Sequence record: SRR20825006_1008
Direction: 5' to 3' (one strand)
DNA length: 50,500 nt
Made by a program: the position numbers and the translations under genes. The notes below the pieces were generated by a model. The model saw only the letters and a program-made list of their open reading frames with translations, had not been told where the DNA came from and did not search any database. Shown piece after piece: positions 26,658 through 35,877 of this stretch (positions are counted from its first letter, which is position 1; every line of letters starts with the position of its first letter).

Positions 26658-26837
26658 TCATTTGCCCGCTGAAGCTGCACGCTGGCGCAGGGCGGTTTCG
26701 GCCTGGACATCGCCGGCCATGGCGCGGTCCTTCAGTTCGGCGGCGGACATGGCCTTGTAGGCCTCCGGCACTTTCCGGTTCGATGCGGTACGGGGTTTCT
26801 GTCCAAGGAAGGCTGCCACCGATGCGATGATGCCCAT
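26658..26837 (-). CDS. 59-aa small protein not in the ORF track (MGIIASVAAFLGQKPRTASNRKVPEAYKAMSAAELKDRAMAGDVQAETALRQRAASAGK)
   Basis: ATG 26837 with GGGAG RBS, GC3-rich codons, TGA at 26660-26658; fills an otherwise empty gap. Confidence 0.65.
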   Translation of the reverse strand: MGIIASVAAFLGQKPRTASNRKVPEAYKAMSAAELKDRAMAGDVQAETALRQRAASAGK

Positions 26838-26933
26838 GTCACAAAACTCCCGGTTGGAACGTCATGAAACGAGTATGCCAATTGCCAGCCGGTTACGATA
26901 GGTGCAACAGGCGACCAAGCAGGAGAGCGCGGC

Positions 26934-27269
26934 ATGGATATTTATCACGTCTGGTTTGACCTGAAGCCCGGAACGGACGAGCGTGCCTTCGCCAAGGCGC
27001 TACCGGCGTTTCTGGATCATATGAAGTCAGACGGCCGGATCGAATCCTGGCGCATGATGCGCTGCAAGCTGGGCCTGCGGCCGGACGATGTGCGCGAGTT
27101 CCACATCATGATCGAGACGCGCGACCTCGCCCAGCTCGACACCGCTTTTCGCGCCGCCGCCGCGCGGTCCGGTGAAACCGATACGCTGCACTTCAGCGCG
27201 AATGCCATGGTGACCAACATCAAGTTCGGCCTGTTCCGCGACTGGCCGGATTGGGATGGGGCCGCCTAG
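26934..27269 (+). CDS. Small alpha/beta-barrel (Dabb/DUF6614-like) protein
   Basis: YHVWFDLKPG, RCKLG, EFHIMIE..DLAQLD.AF; AGGAG RBS. Confidence 0.7.
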   Translation: MDIYHVWFDLKPGTDERAFAKALPAFLDHMKSDGRIESWRMMRCKLGLRPDDVREFHIMIETRDLAQLDTAFRAAAARSGETDTLHFSANAMVTNIKFGLFRDWPDWDGAA

Positions 27270-28396
27270 GGCGCTTCCATCTTGTCGAGCCACCATTGAT
27301 TGTACTGCCAGATGGCCTTCTCAATTGGAGAGAGGCGGCCTTGCCGTGTCATCGGCGCGTTGAGGCCCTGCCAGACAAGATCATTCGCGCCGATATCCTC
27401 GTGATGGATCGCCGAGACCATCAGGGCCATGCCTTCCGCAATCTCGTCAAAGCCTTCCATCTCGCTGTAAGCGGCTGGAACGCAAATATGGATCTTCAGG
27501 TGCAACTTGCCGGCGCCTTGCGGAAAGACCTGGTACCAGGTGACGACACTGCCCTGAATGCCCAGCAGGAAGTGCGGAAAGATGGCGGTCGCGAACAGGT
27601 CGCGCGCCTGCCAGTCTTCAAGACCTTCAAGCGGGGGCAGGCCAGGCGGCAGTTCCTCATGGGCCGCTGGCATGTGCAGGATGGACCACGGGCCGTCATT
27701 GTCCGGCACGCGGGAGTCGCGGGCATGATAGGCGGGCTCGAACGTCTCGGAATGCGTGGCGATGTGGTGGTAAGCTTCCATAAAATTCTCCACCAGCACT
27801 TTCCAGTTCCACTTGCTGTCGAATTCGAGCGTGTGAACGACCTTCATGTCGGCGAGGCGGAAGTTCTCGAAATACTTGCGAAACGTCTCGACCGGCGGGG
27901 CGAAGGGCGCTGCGTCGGGGTCGAAATTGGCGAGGACAAAGCCCTCCCAGATTTCCGTGCGGAGCTGGGGCAGCCGGCAATTGGATTCAGCAAACTCCTC
28001 TGCGCCATCCATCAGGGGCGCCCGGACAAGCTGGCCCGACGTGTCATAGCTCCAGGCGTGGTAGGGGCATGTGAATAGCTTGCGATTGCCGTTTCCGTCT
28101 GCCAGCAGGGCTGCGCGGTGCAGGCATGTGCGCGACATGACACGGACTTCGCCATCATGTCCGTGAACCACCATGACCGGTTGGCCGAACAGGTCGAGCG
28201 AAACGAAATCGCCCGGCGTGGCTATCTGGTCGATGCGTGCCAGCGGGAGCCAGCTCTTGCGCAGGATCTGGTCGGTTTCGCGCGCGTACACATCCTCGTC
28301 GAGATAGGCGGCTGGGGGCAGGGTATAGGCTTGTCCCAGAGGCTTGCGGACACGGCCAATTTCTTCGGGTGTGAGACCCGCCAATGTTTTTGTCAT
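27266..28396 (-). CDS. Rieske non-heme iron oxygenase alpha subunit (choline monooxygenase/CntA-like group)
   Basis: Rieske CLHR...CPYHAW, NWKVLVENFMEAYHH..TH iron site, ED motif; GGAGG RBS. Confidence 0.88.
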   Translation of the reverse strand: MTKTLAGLTPEEIGRVRKPLGQAYTLPPAAYLDEDVYARETDQILRKSWLPLARIDQIATPGDFVSLDLFGQPVMVVHGHDGEVRVMSRTCLHRAALLADGNGNRKLFTCPYHAWSYDTSGQLVRAPLMDGAEEFAESNCRLPQLRTEIWEGFVLANFDPDAAPFAPPVETFRKYFENFRLADMKVVHTLEFDSKWNWKVLVENFMEAYHHIATHSETFEPAYHARDSRVPDNDGPWSILHMPAAHEELPPGLPPLEGLEDWQARDLFATAIFPHFLLGIQGSVVTWYQVFPQGAGKLHLKIHICVPAAYSEMEGFDEIAEGMALMVSAIHHEDIGANDLVWQGLNAPMTRQGRLSPIEKAIWQYNQWWLDKMEAP

Positions 28397-28552
28397 TTTA
28401 TTCCTCCCAGAAAAAAATGACACACGCGTCAACTTTTGTCGACCGCTGCCGTTTGGCGTTCTACTCTTGGGGGGCAGGAAGACGGCTGGCCATTTGGGTA
28501 ACGGCCTGGCGAGACGTGACGGAGCGCACGCGGTAGGCTAAAGGCTCGGCGC

Positions 28553-29278
28553 ATGTTCAAGGCAAGTTTCATCACCCTGTTTCCCGAAGCGTTTCCCGGC
28601 CCGCTCGGCGTCTCCATCCTGGAGCGCGCGCGTCGCGAAGGCATCTGGGACTATGAAACCGTCCAGCTGCGCGATTTCGGCCTCGGAAAGCATCAGAATG
28701 TCGACGCCCCGCCGGCGGGGGGCGGCGCAGGTATGGTGTTGCGACCGGATGTGACGGCTGCGGCGCTGGACAGTATCGACACAGACGGCAAGCCGCTGAT
28801 CTATCTGTCGCCGCGCGGAGAGCCGTTTTCACAGAAACTGGCGCGGGACCTGGCAGGCGGCCCGGGCATGGTGATGATGTGTGGCCGGTTCGAGGGGCTG
28901 GACGAGCGAGTGATCCGCGCGCGCGGCCTGCGCGAGGTTTCCATCGGGGATTTTGTGCTGGCTGGGGGTGAGGTCGCAGCCATGGCGATGACCGAGGCGG
29001 TTGTGCGTTTGTTGCCCGGAGTTGCGGGGAACCAGGCTTCTCTTGAGGAGGAATCTTTCGAGACCGGATTGCTGGAACACGACCAGTATACGCTGCCCCG
29101 GGAGTGGGAAGGCCACCCGACTCCGGAGGTTCTGCTGTCGGGGGATCATAAACGTATACAAGAATGGCGGTTTAACAGCGCAAAGTCGTTGACAATTGAC
29201 CGCCGCCCCGATTTATACGCCGCTTACTCAGATACCAACGAATTACAACCGCCGGAGACAGGCGATGAACATGATTGA
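28553..29278 (+). CDS. trmD: tRNA (guanine-N1)-methyltransferase
   Basis: [43 protein letters not shown]. Confidence 0.96.
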   Translation: MFKASFITLFPEAFPGPLGVSILERARREGIWDYETVQLRDFGLGKHQNVDAPPAGGGAGMVLRPDVTAAALDSIDTDGKPLIYLSPRGEPFSQKLARDLAGGPGMVMMCGRFEGLDERVIRARGLREVSIGDFVLAGGEVAAMAMTEAVVRLLPGVAGNQASLEEESFETGLLEHDQYTLPREWEGHPTPEVLLSGDHKRIQEWRFNSAKSLTIDRRPDLYAAYSDTNELQPPETGDEHD

Positions 29279-29834
29279 ACAGCTCGAAGCGGAAGAGTTT
29301 TCCCGCGTTGTCGGCGACAAGAACATCCCGGATTTTTCACCGGGTGACACGCTAGCCGTGAACGTCCGCATCACGGAAGGCGACCGTGAGCGCGTCCAGC
29401 GCTTTGAAGGCGTCTGTATTGCCCGCGCAGGCGGTGGCATCAATGAGAGCTTCACGGTTCGCAAGATTTCCTTTGGTGAAGGCGTCGAGCGCGTTTTCCC
29501 GCTGGCTTCCCCGATGATCGAGAGCATCGAAGTGAAGCGCAAGGGTCGCGTGCGCCGTGCGAAGCTCTACTATCTGCGCGATCGTCGCGGTAAGTCTGCC
29601 CGTATCGCTGAACGTACCACCGGCCACGGCATCGAAACGGTCGAAATTGCCGTGTCGAAAACCGAGCGCCGCCGCCAGAAAGATGCAGAGAAAGCCGCCC
29701 GCAAGGAAGCTGCTGCCAAGGCTCGCGAAGAGGCTGCCAAGGCGAAAGCCGCTGAAGAGGCTGCAGCTGCTGCTGCCGCTGAAGCAGAGGCCGCTGCGGC
29801 TGCCTCCGCTGACGAAGGCGCTGCTGAAGAATAG
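29265..29834 (+). CDS. rplS: 50S ribosomal protein L19 with long Ala/Glu/Lys tail
   Basis: [38 protein letters not shown]. Confidence 0.97.
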   Translation: MNMIEQLEAEEFSRVVGDKNIPDFSPGDTLAVNVRITEGDRERVQRFEGVCIARAGGGINESFTVRKISFGEGVERVFPLASPMIESIEVKRKGRVRRAKLYYLRDRRGKSARIAERTTGHGIETVEIAVSKTERRRQKDAEKAARKEAAAKAREEAAKAKAAEEAAAAAAAEAEAAAAASADEGAAEE

Positions 29835-29863
29835 ACGTCCCGACACTTCAGTCAGGAATTGAA

Positions 29864-29900
29864 GAAACGCCCCGCCTCATGGTTGGGGCGTTTTCACTTT
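29864..29900 (+). terminator. Intrinsic terminator after rplS
   Basis: AAACGCCCC...GGGGCGTTTT. Confidence 0.7.
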
Positions 29901-29933
29901 TGGGGCTGGTATTTCTGTGGCACGTTCGGACGC

Positions 29934-30368
29934 ATGAAACGCCTCTGCCTCACACTTTTCGCCGTTTCATTGCTTGCTGCCTGCGAACCCGCCGACGACA
30001 CGCTGCGCCTCACAATGCCGGCTTGTCGCCCGCCTGACATAGCGCAGGGTATTCTCTTCATCGGTGATACCCGCTTTGCACCCTATCAGGTTCAGGCTTC
30101 GGCCGTGACGGATTCGGCGGGTCGTCCGGCGCTTTCCATCCGTATGGACGAGTCCGGCGCATCCAAGCTGGAAGCCCTCACGGTGGCCAATATGGGTGAA
30201 GTCCTCCCCTTGCGGGTGGACGAGGAAACCATCATGTCTCCCAGAGTGCTGGAACGGATCACAGGCGGTGAAATACTCGTTTCCGGCGATTTCGAGATGG
30301 ACGAGCTGAAGGCGCTGGCCGTGCGCCTGTCTCCGCCCTGTGATCAAGAGTCGCCAATCGCCAATTGA
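29934..30368 (+). CDS. Lipoprotein with SecDF P1-head-like domain
   Basis: Lipobox LAAC; GRPALSI.MD..G...L..LT..N.G..L...VD......P.V.E.ITGG.I.VSG pattern. Confidence 0.7.
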   Translation: MKRLCLTLFAVSLLAACEPADDTLRLTMPACRPPDIAQGILFIGDTRFAPYQVQASAVTDSAGRPALSIRMDESGASKLEALTVANMGEVLPLRVDEETIMSPRVLERITGGEILVSGDFEMDELKALAVRLSPPCDQESPIAN

Positions 30369-30428
30369 CCCCTTCCCAGCCGGGCGCGCGCCGCTATGGT
30401 GCGCCGCGATATGACAGGAAGAGGCCCC

Positions 30429-31823
30429 ATGGCTGGCAAGACACTTTACGACAAGATCTGGGACGCACATGTGGTGCACACCGATGAGGGCGGTGAAAGC
30501 CTGCTCTATATCGATCTCCACCTGATTCACGAAGTGACGACGCCCCAGGCTTTTGCCGGACTGAAAGCGGCCGGACGCGGCGTGCGCCGCCGGGACCTGA
30601 CCCTGGCCGTCGCTGACCACAACACCCCGACCGAGAACCAGGCCGCCGGCCTTGCTGGCGTGACAGACCCCGATGCGCGCAACCAGCTGGAAACGCTGAC
30701 CCGCAATGTGGCCGAGCACGATATCGAGTATTTCCCGATGGGCGACATCCGCAATGGCATCGTCCATGTCGTGGGGCCGGAGCAGGGGCGCACCCAGCCC
30801 GGCATGACGATTGTCTGCGGTGATAGCCACACGTCCACGCATGGCGCGTTCGGCGCGCTGGCGCATGGTATCGGCACATCGGAAGTTGAGCATGTGCTCG
30901 CCACGCAGACCTTGCGTGCGCAGAAATCCAAGAACATGGCAATCGAAGTATCTGGCAGCCTGAAAGATGGCGTGACCGCCAAGGATCTCGCCCTCCACAT
31001 AATTTCCGTCATCGGTACGGCCGGTGGCACGGGATACGTCATGGAGTATCGCGGTGACGCAGTTCGGAGCCTCTCCATGGAAGGGCGCATGACGCTGTGC
31101 AATCTCGCCATTGAGGGCGGTGCCCGTGCGGGTCTGGTGGCTCCAGACGAGACAACGTTTGAATACATCAAGGGCCGCCCGGCCGCGCCCAAGGGTGGCG
31201 CATGGGATGTCGCGAAATCTTTTTGGACGACGCTCTATTCCGATGAGGATGCCGTATTTGATGAAGTCGTCCACATCAAGGGCGAAGCGGTCGAGCCGAC
31301 ATTGACCTGGGGCACGAGCCCGGAACAGGCGATTCCGTTGTCGGGTATTATTCCGAAGCCGGAAGATTTCAGTGATCCAATCAAGGCAGGTGCGTGTGAG
31401 CGCGCACTGGCCTATATGGGCCTTGAAGGTGGTACACCGATCAAGGGCACACCGGTGCAGCGCGTCTTCATCGGCTCGTGCACGAACAGCCGGATCGAAG
31501 ATCTTCGCGCCGCCGCTGAAGTCGCCAAGGGCAACAAAGTGGCCGAAGGCGTGCGTGCCATGGTCGTGCCGGGGTCTGGCCTCGTCCGTGCGCAAGCCGA
31601 ATCCGAAGGGCTGGACGAGATCTTTCTCGAAGCCGGGTTTGAATGGCGCGAGCCGGGCTGTTCCATGTGTCTCGGCATGAATCCCGACACGCTGGCGCCG
31701 GGCGAGCGGTGCGCGTCCACCTCCAACCGGAACTTCGAAGGCCGCCAGGGCCGCGATGGCCGCACCCATCTGATGAGCCCTACCCTCGCAGCGCGCGCCG
31801 CGATCCAAGGTGTGATTGGCTAG
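30429..31823 (+). CDS. leuC: 3-isopropylmalate dehydratase large subunit
   Basis: [59 protein letters not shown]. Confidence 0.97.
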   Translation: MAGKTLYDKIWDAHVVHTDEGGESLLYIDLHLIHEVTTPQAFAGLKAAGRGVRRRDLTLAVADHNTPTENQAAGLAGVTDPDARNQLETLTRNVAEHDIEYFPMGDIRNGIVHVVGPEQGRTQPGMTIVCGDSHTSTHGAFGALAHGIGTSEVEHVLATQTLRAQKSKNMAIEVSGSLKDGVTAKDLALHIISVIGTAGGTGYVMEYRGDAVRSLSMEGRMTLCNLAIEGGARAGLVAPDETTFEYIKGRPAAPKGGAWDVAKSFWTTLYSDEDAVFDEVVHIKGEAVEPTLTWGTSPEQAIPLSGIIPKPEDFSDPIKAGACERALAYMGLEGGTPIKGTPVQRVFIGSCTNSRIEDLRAAAEVAKGNKVAEGVRAMVVPGSGLVRAQAESEGLDEIFLEAGFEWREPGCSMCLGMNPDTLAPGERCASTSNRNFEGRQGRDGRTHLMSPTLAARAAIQGVIG

Positions 31824-32593
31824 TGTTTGGACGCAGCCACTTTCTCGATGAGGATGTGGAGGCATTCCATGTTCTGTGTTGGGCATGGCTATTGAAGTGC
31901 ACTGGTGGGCGGGAAGCCCTTCGAGAGACGCCGCTCGTGCTTCCAACCCCGGACTTCTTTCCGCCAACCGATTCGAGTGGGCACGAGCGCGCTGAATTCA
32001 TATTTGAGCATGTGCGTGATCTGGCCGGAATGTCAGAATGGCCAGTCCAATTGGTGCCGCAAGCCGAGCTTGCCGGAAGGGTATCCACACTGGGCAGAGT
32101 TCAACATTCGGGGACAGCGGCAGGAACCTTCTCCCACACCGGAAATTCTGGTCAGATTACGTATGATCCGAGCCATGTTCATACACCGGTAAAGCTGATC
32201 GCAACCTTTGCGCACGAACTCAGTCACTATCTGAATGAAGGATTTCAGGAAGCCCCACCAGGCGGCTGGGAGCTGATCGAGCCGGCAACGGATGTCACGT
32301 CTGTCTTTCTGGGCTTTGGAGTATTCGGGGCTAATTCCGCATTCGAGTTTATCCAAACTCAGGATTTCGAGAGCCAGGGGTGGTCCAGTGAGAAATTCGG
32401 CTATTTGTCGCTGGACGAGTGGGCGTTCAATCTGGCGATCTTTTGTGATTTGACTGGGCGCGATGTCACGGATCTTAAGCCTCATCTGAAGTGGAATTTG
32501 TTCAAAACCTCGAAAGCAGCCGCCAAGTACGTAGAGCGTAGGGAGATTGGGCGGCAAATACTTGAAGACATAAAAGGGCGTGCCGCCGACTAA
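31823..32593 (+). CDS. Uncharacterised HExxH zinc-metallopeptidase-like protein
   Basis: GTG start overlapping the leuC stop; AAGTF, TFAHELSHY, EPATD..SVFLGFG motifs. Confidence 0.65.
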   Translation: MFGRSHFLDEDVEAFHVLCWAWLLKCTGGREALRETPLVLPTPDFFPPTDSSGHERAEFIFEHVRDLAGMSEWPVQLVPQAELAGRVSTLGRVQHSGTAAGTFSHTGNSGQITYDPSHVHTPVKLIATFAHELSHYLNEGFQEAPPGGWELIEPATDVTSVFLGFGVFGANSAFEFIQTQDFESQGWSSEKFGYLSLDEWAFNLAIFCDLTGRDVTDLKPHLKWNLFKTSKAAAKYVERREIGRQILEDIKGRAAD

Positions 32594-32672
32594 ACACATC
32601 CTTCAGTTGCCTCTCGAAGGGTGAGGGCAGATAGTCCGGCCAACCTTGCCCTGCAACAAATGGAGTGGACCC

Positions 32673-33656
32673 ATGAGCAATACTGTCAGCCTGCCCGGAA
32701 ATGTTTCGCTGGATGGCCCGCGCGGTCGTACCTACGCGTCTATCCTCGAAACGGTCGGATCGACGCCGCTGGTTGCTGCGCCGAAGTTCGCCGAGGCCGA
32801 AGGCATCAAGGCGAACCTGCTGTTCAAATGCGAATTCTTCAATCCACTCGCCAGCGTGAAAGACCGGATCGGCCTGAACATGGTGTTGCAGCTGGAAGCC
32901 GACGGCAAGCTGAAGCCCGGCGGCGTTCTGGTCGAGCCGACCTCAGGCAATACCGGCATCGGCCTGGCCTTTGCGGCGGCGAGCCGGGGATACCGCCTCA
33001 TCCTGACCATGCCGGAATCCATGTCCATCGAGCGCCGCAAGATGCTGGCCTATCTCGGCGCGGAGCTGGAGCTGACGCCAAAAGAGAAGGGCATGGGCGG
33101 TGCTATCGCGAAGGCGAAGGAAATCCTTGAGGCGACGCCCGGCGCGGTGATGCCAAGCCAGTTCGACAATCCCGCCAATCCGGCCATCCATGAGCTGACC
33201 ACAGCAGAAGAAATCTGGGCGGACACAGACGGCGCGGTCGATGCTGTCCTGTCCGGCATAGGTACTGGTGGCACGTTTACGGGCACAGGCCGCGTATTGA
33301 AGGCCCGCAAGCCGGGCCTGAAAATGATGGCGATTGAGCCGGAAGGCAGCCCGGTCCTCTCCGGGGGCGAGCCCGGCCCGCACATGATCCAGGGCATCGG
33401 CGCAGGCTTCATCCCCGGCAACGCGGATACGAGCCTGATTGATGAAGTCGTGAAAGTTTCGAATGAGGAATCCTTTGCAACGGCCCGCAAACTTGCGCGG
33501 CTCGAAGGCATACCCGGCGGTATCTCCTCCGGCGCGGCAGCGGCTGCAGCGGTCAAGGTTGGCGCGCGTGACGACATGGCCGGCAAGACCCTCGTCGTCA
33601 TCCTGCCAAGCTTCGCCGAACGGTATGTATCGACAGCCCTGTTTGAGGGTCTCTAG
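32673..33656 (+). CDS. cysK: Cysteine synthase A
   Basis: FFNPLASVKDRIG (PLP Lys), EPTSGNTGIG, GTGGT, HMIQGIGAGFIP, ERYVST.LF. Confidence 0.95.
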   Translation: MSNTVSLPGNVSLDGPRGRTYASILETVGSTPLVAAPKFAEAEGIKANLLFKCEFFNPLASVKDRIGLNMVLQLEADGKLKPGGVLVEPTSGNTGIGLAFAAASRGYRLILTMPESMSIERRKMLAYLGAELELTPKEKGMGGAIAKAKEILEATPGAVMPSQFDNPANPAIHELTTAEEIWADTDGAVDAVLSGIGTGGTFTGTGRVLKARKPGLKMMAIEPEGSPVLSGGEPGPHMIQGIGAGFIPGNADTSLIDEVVKVSNEESFATARKLARLEGIPGGISSGAAAAAAVKVGARDDMAGKTLVVILPSFAERYVSTALFEGL

Positions 33657-33662
33657 GATAGC

Positions 33663-34505
33663 ATGATTACGGGTCTCGACCATTTTGTGCTGGTCTGTCC
33701 GGAGATCAGCTCCGCGACGGCCGTCTATGAGCAATTGCTCGGGCGGCCGGCAGATTGGCGCGCCTCAGCCGACGGTGCCGCAACAGCAATTTTCCAATTG
33801 GAGAATACCAGTCTTGAACTGATGGCCCCTGACGGGGAGGGGACGGTGGCCGATCGTTTGCGGGAAATCATCTCCGACGAAGGCCCCGGCCTGAAAAGCC
33901 TCGCTTTTGGAACGGGAGATATTTCCGCCGCGCATCACAAGCTGACCCGTCGTGGCTTGATGCCGGGCGAGATCGCCGATGGAAGCAGTACAAACGCAAT
34001 CAACGGCGAAACCCGGAAATGGACGCGCTTCCGGTGCGCGGACGCGCAAACTGCTGGCGTGAAGACTTTCATCATCTCGCCGGAACAAGCCTTGCCCGTG
34101 GCGGACGCGCCGTCTGGCTGCGTCACATCGCTGGACCATATTGTCATCAACACGCCCAATCCCGACCGGGCATTGGGGCTTTATGGCGCACGGTTGGGGC
34201 TGGATCTGGCGCTCGACCGGACGCGGGAAGAGTGGAAGACGCGCTTTTTGTTCTTCCGCACAGGCGGGCTGACCTTTGAGGTCATCAACCGCCTCGGGGA
34301 AGATGTTGACCCAGCCGCGCCGGACAGTATCTGGGGCCTGACATGGACCGTGGATGATCTTTCGGCGGCACATGCACGCCTCACGGAGGCTGGCTTCAAT
34401 GTTTCCGAACAACGGACAGGTCGCAAACCGGGGTCTGCCGTTTTCACTATAAGGGATGGCACATTGGGCGTGCCGACCCTGTTCATCGCGCATTCTTCAA
34501 GGTAG
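33663..34505 (+). CDS. VOC/glyoxalase family protein (tandem domains)
   Basis: LDHFVL...Y..LLG and LDHIVI...Y...LG repeats. Confidence 0.85.
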   Translation: MITGLDHFVLVCPEISSATAVYEQLLGRPADWRASADGAATAIFQLENTSLELMAPDGEGTVADRLREIISDEGPGLKSLAFGTGDISAAHHKLTRRGLMPGEIADGSSTNAINGETRKWTRFRCADAQTAGVKTFIISPEQALPVADAPSGCVTSLDHIVINTPNPDRALGLYGARLGLDLALDRTREEWKTRFLFFRTGGLTFEVINRLGEDVDPAAPDSIWGLTWTVDDLSAAHARLTEAGFNVSEQRTGRKPGSAVFTIRDGTLGVPTLFIAHSSR

Positions 34506-34515
34506 GACACGCCTC

Positions 34516-35145
34516 ATGAAAGCCTTTACGCAACTCACCGGAACCGCTGCGCCGCTGCTCGAAAAGGGCAAGCCGATGTCCAATGTCGATACCGACATGA
34601 TCATTCCCAAGCAGTTCCTTAAGACGACCGAACGCACAGGCCTGTCCAAGGGCCTGTTCCACGAACTGAAAACGCTGTCTGATGGCTCGCCTCGGTCCGA
34701 TTTCGTATTGAACCGGCCAGAATACGCCACTGCGAGCATCCTGATTGCGGGCGAAAATTTCGGCTGCGGGTCTTCGCGCGAGCATGCGCCCTGGGCACTG
34801 CTGGACCAAGGGATCACCTGTGTCATCGCGCCGAGTTTCGCCGATATCTTCCATAATAATTGCTACAAGAACGGCATCCTGCCGGTGCGCCTGCCAGTAG
34901 ATGTATGCCAGAAATTGGCAGATCAGGCGGGAGGCTCCAACCATGTCTTCACCGTGGACCTTGAAGCCCAGATCGTCACCGGGCCGGATGGCGAAGTGTA
35001 TGCGTTTGAAGTGGATGCAGGCCGTAAGGCAAACCTCATGGAAGGCCTTGACGAGATTGGCAGTTCGATGACTGCAGCAAGCGAGATCGACACGTTCGAA
35101 GCGCGTCGACGCGTCTCCATGCCATGGCTCGAAAAGGCCAGCTGA
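34516..35145 (+). CDS. leuD: 3-isopropylmalate dehydratase small subunit
   Basis: NVDTDMIIPKQFLK, NFGCGSSREHAPWAL, SFADIFHNNC.KNG. Confidence 0.97.
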   Translation: MKAFTQLTGTAAPLLEKGKPMSNVDTDMIIPKQFLKTTERTGLSKGLFHELKTLSDGSPRSDFVLNRPEYATASILIAGENFGCGSSREHAPWALLDQGITCVIAPSFADIFHNNCYKNGILPVRLPVDVCQKLADQAGGSNHVFTVDLEAQIVTGPDGEVYAFEVDAGRKANLMEGLDEIGSSMTAASEIDTFEARRRVSMPWLEKAS

Positions 35146-35168
35146 CCCGGAAAGCGAAGAGGATGGTC

Positions 35169-35345
35169 ATGAAGAGATTAAGCCTGATAATTCTGGGGGG
35201 ATTGGTGCTGGCGTCTGTCGCGGCCTGTCATACGGATCCATTCGGCACGCAGCCTGAAGTCAATGTCACCTTGCCAGAGGCTCAGTCCGCGCCGTCCGAC
35301 GAAGCGGGCGCCTCAACCGAAGAAAAGCGTGACCCCGAGACCTGA
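35169..35345 (+). CDS. Small lipoprotein
   Basis: MKRLSLIILGGLVLASVAAC lipobox; GAGG upstream; start 35163 or 35169. Confidence 0.6.
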   Translation: MKRLSLIILGGLVLASVAACHTDPFGTQPEVNVTLPEAQSAPSDEAGASTEEKRDPET

Positions 35346-35461
35346 GAGTCGCACGAGCGGGTTTCGTTCTTGTTTGGTGGAGACGTAGAAGGCGTTGCGC
35401 CCGCTGGTTACAACCGTTAGTGGTGGACGCGGTTCTGAAATGCACACTTTGGGAGATAAAG

Positions 35462-35734
35462 ATGAAATTTGCGGGTTCTGTGCTTGCAGCTGGATTGATG
35501 GTTTCTCTCGCGGGCTGCGCCAGTTCAACCGGGTCTGAGGAAATGACATTGGCGGAAGGCGCCGAAAGAGAGTGCCGCTCCATCAAGGAGTTCGGCTCGA
35601 TGCTGCCAAAACGGGTTTGCAACAACAAGGCAACCTGGGCCGACATAGATGAGCGGAACGAAGAACAGGCCAAGGAATTCAAGGACAAGATTGATAGCCG
35701 CTACACACCCATACCACGCGAACCCGGCATGTAG
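35462..35734 (+). CDS. Small lipoprotein with C-x6-GS-x6-C motif
   Basis: GGAG RBS, lipobox [20 protein letters not shown]. Confidence 0.7.
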   Translation: MKFAGSVLAAGLMVSLAGCASSTGSEEMTLAEGAERECRSIKEFGSMLPKRVCNNKATWADIDERNEEQAKEFKDKIDSRYTPIPREPGM

Positions 35735-35877
35735 GCCCTTCCACTCTCGGGTGGCTCAACTTTCCCAGGTCGACCTGGCCCGGCCGCCGACCACACGCGA
35801 CAGTATTGCTCGGTTGTGCTGTGGTGGCTACTAGGTGCCACAAAACAAACTTGTCCGAACATGAGTGGAGCGCGGAA

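Noticed and set aside
31780-31823. leuC as a truncated pseudogene
   Set aside because: All catalytic and Fe-S motifs are present; at most a few terminal residues are missing.
29967-31967. 666-aa minus-strand ORF
   Set aside because: Antisense shadow of leuC and its neighbour, expected from high-GC codon bias; no recognisable motifs.
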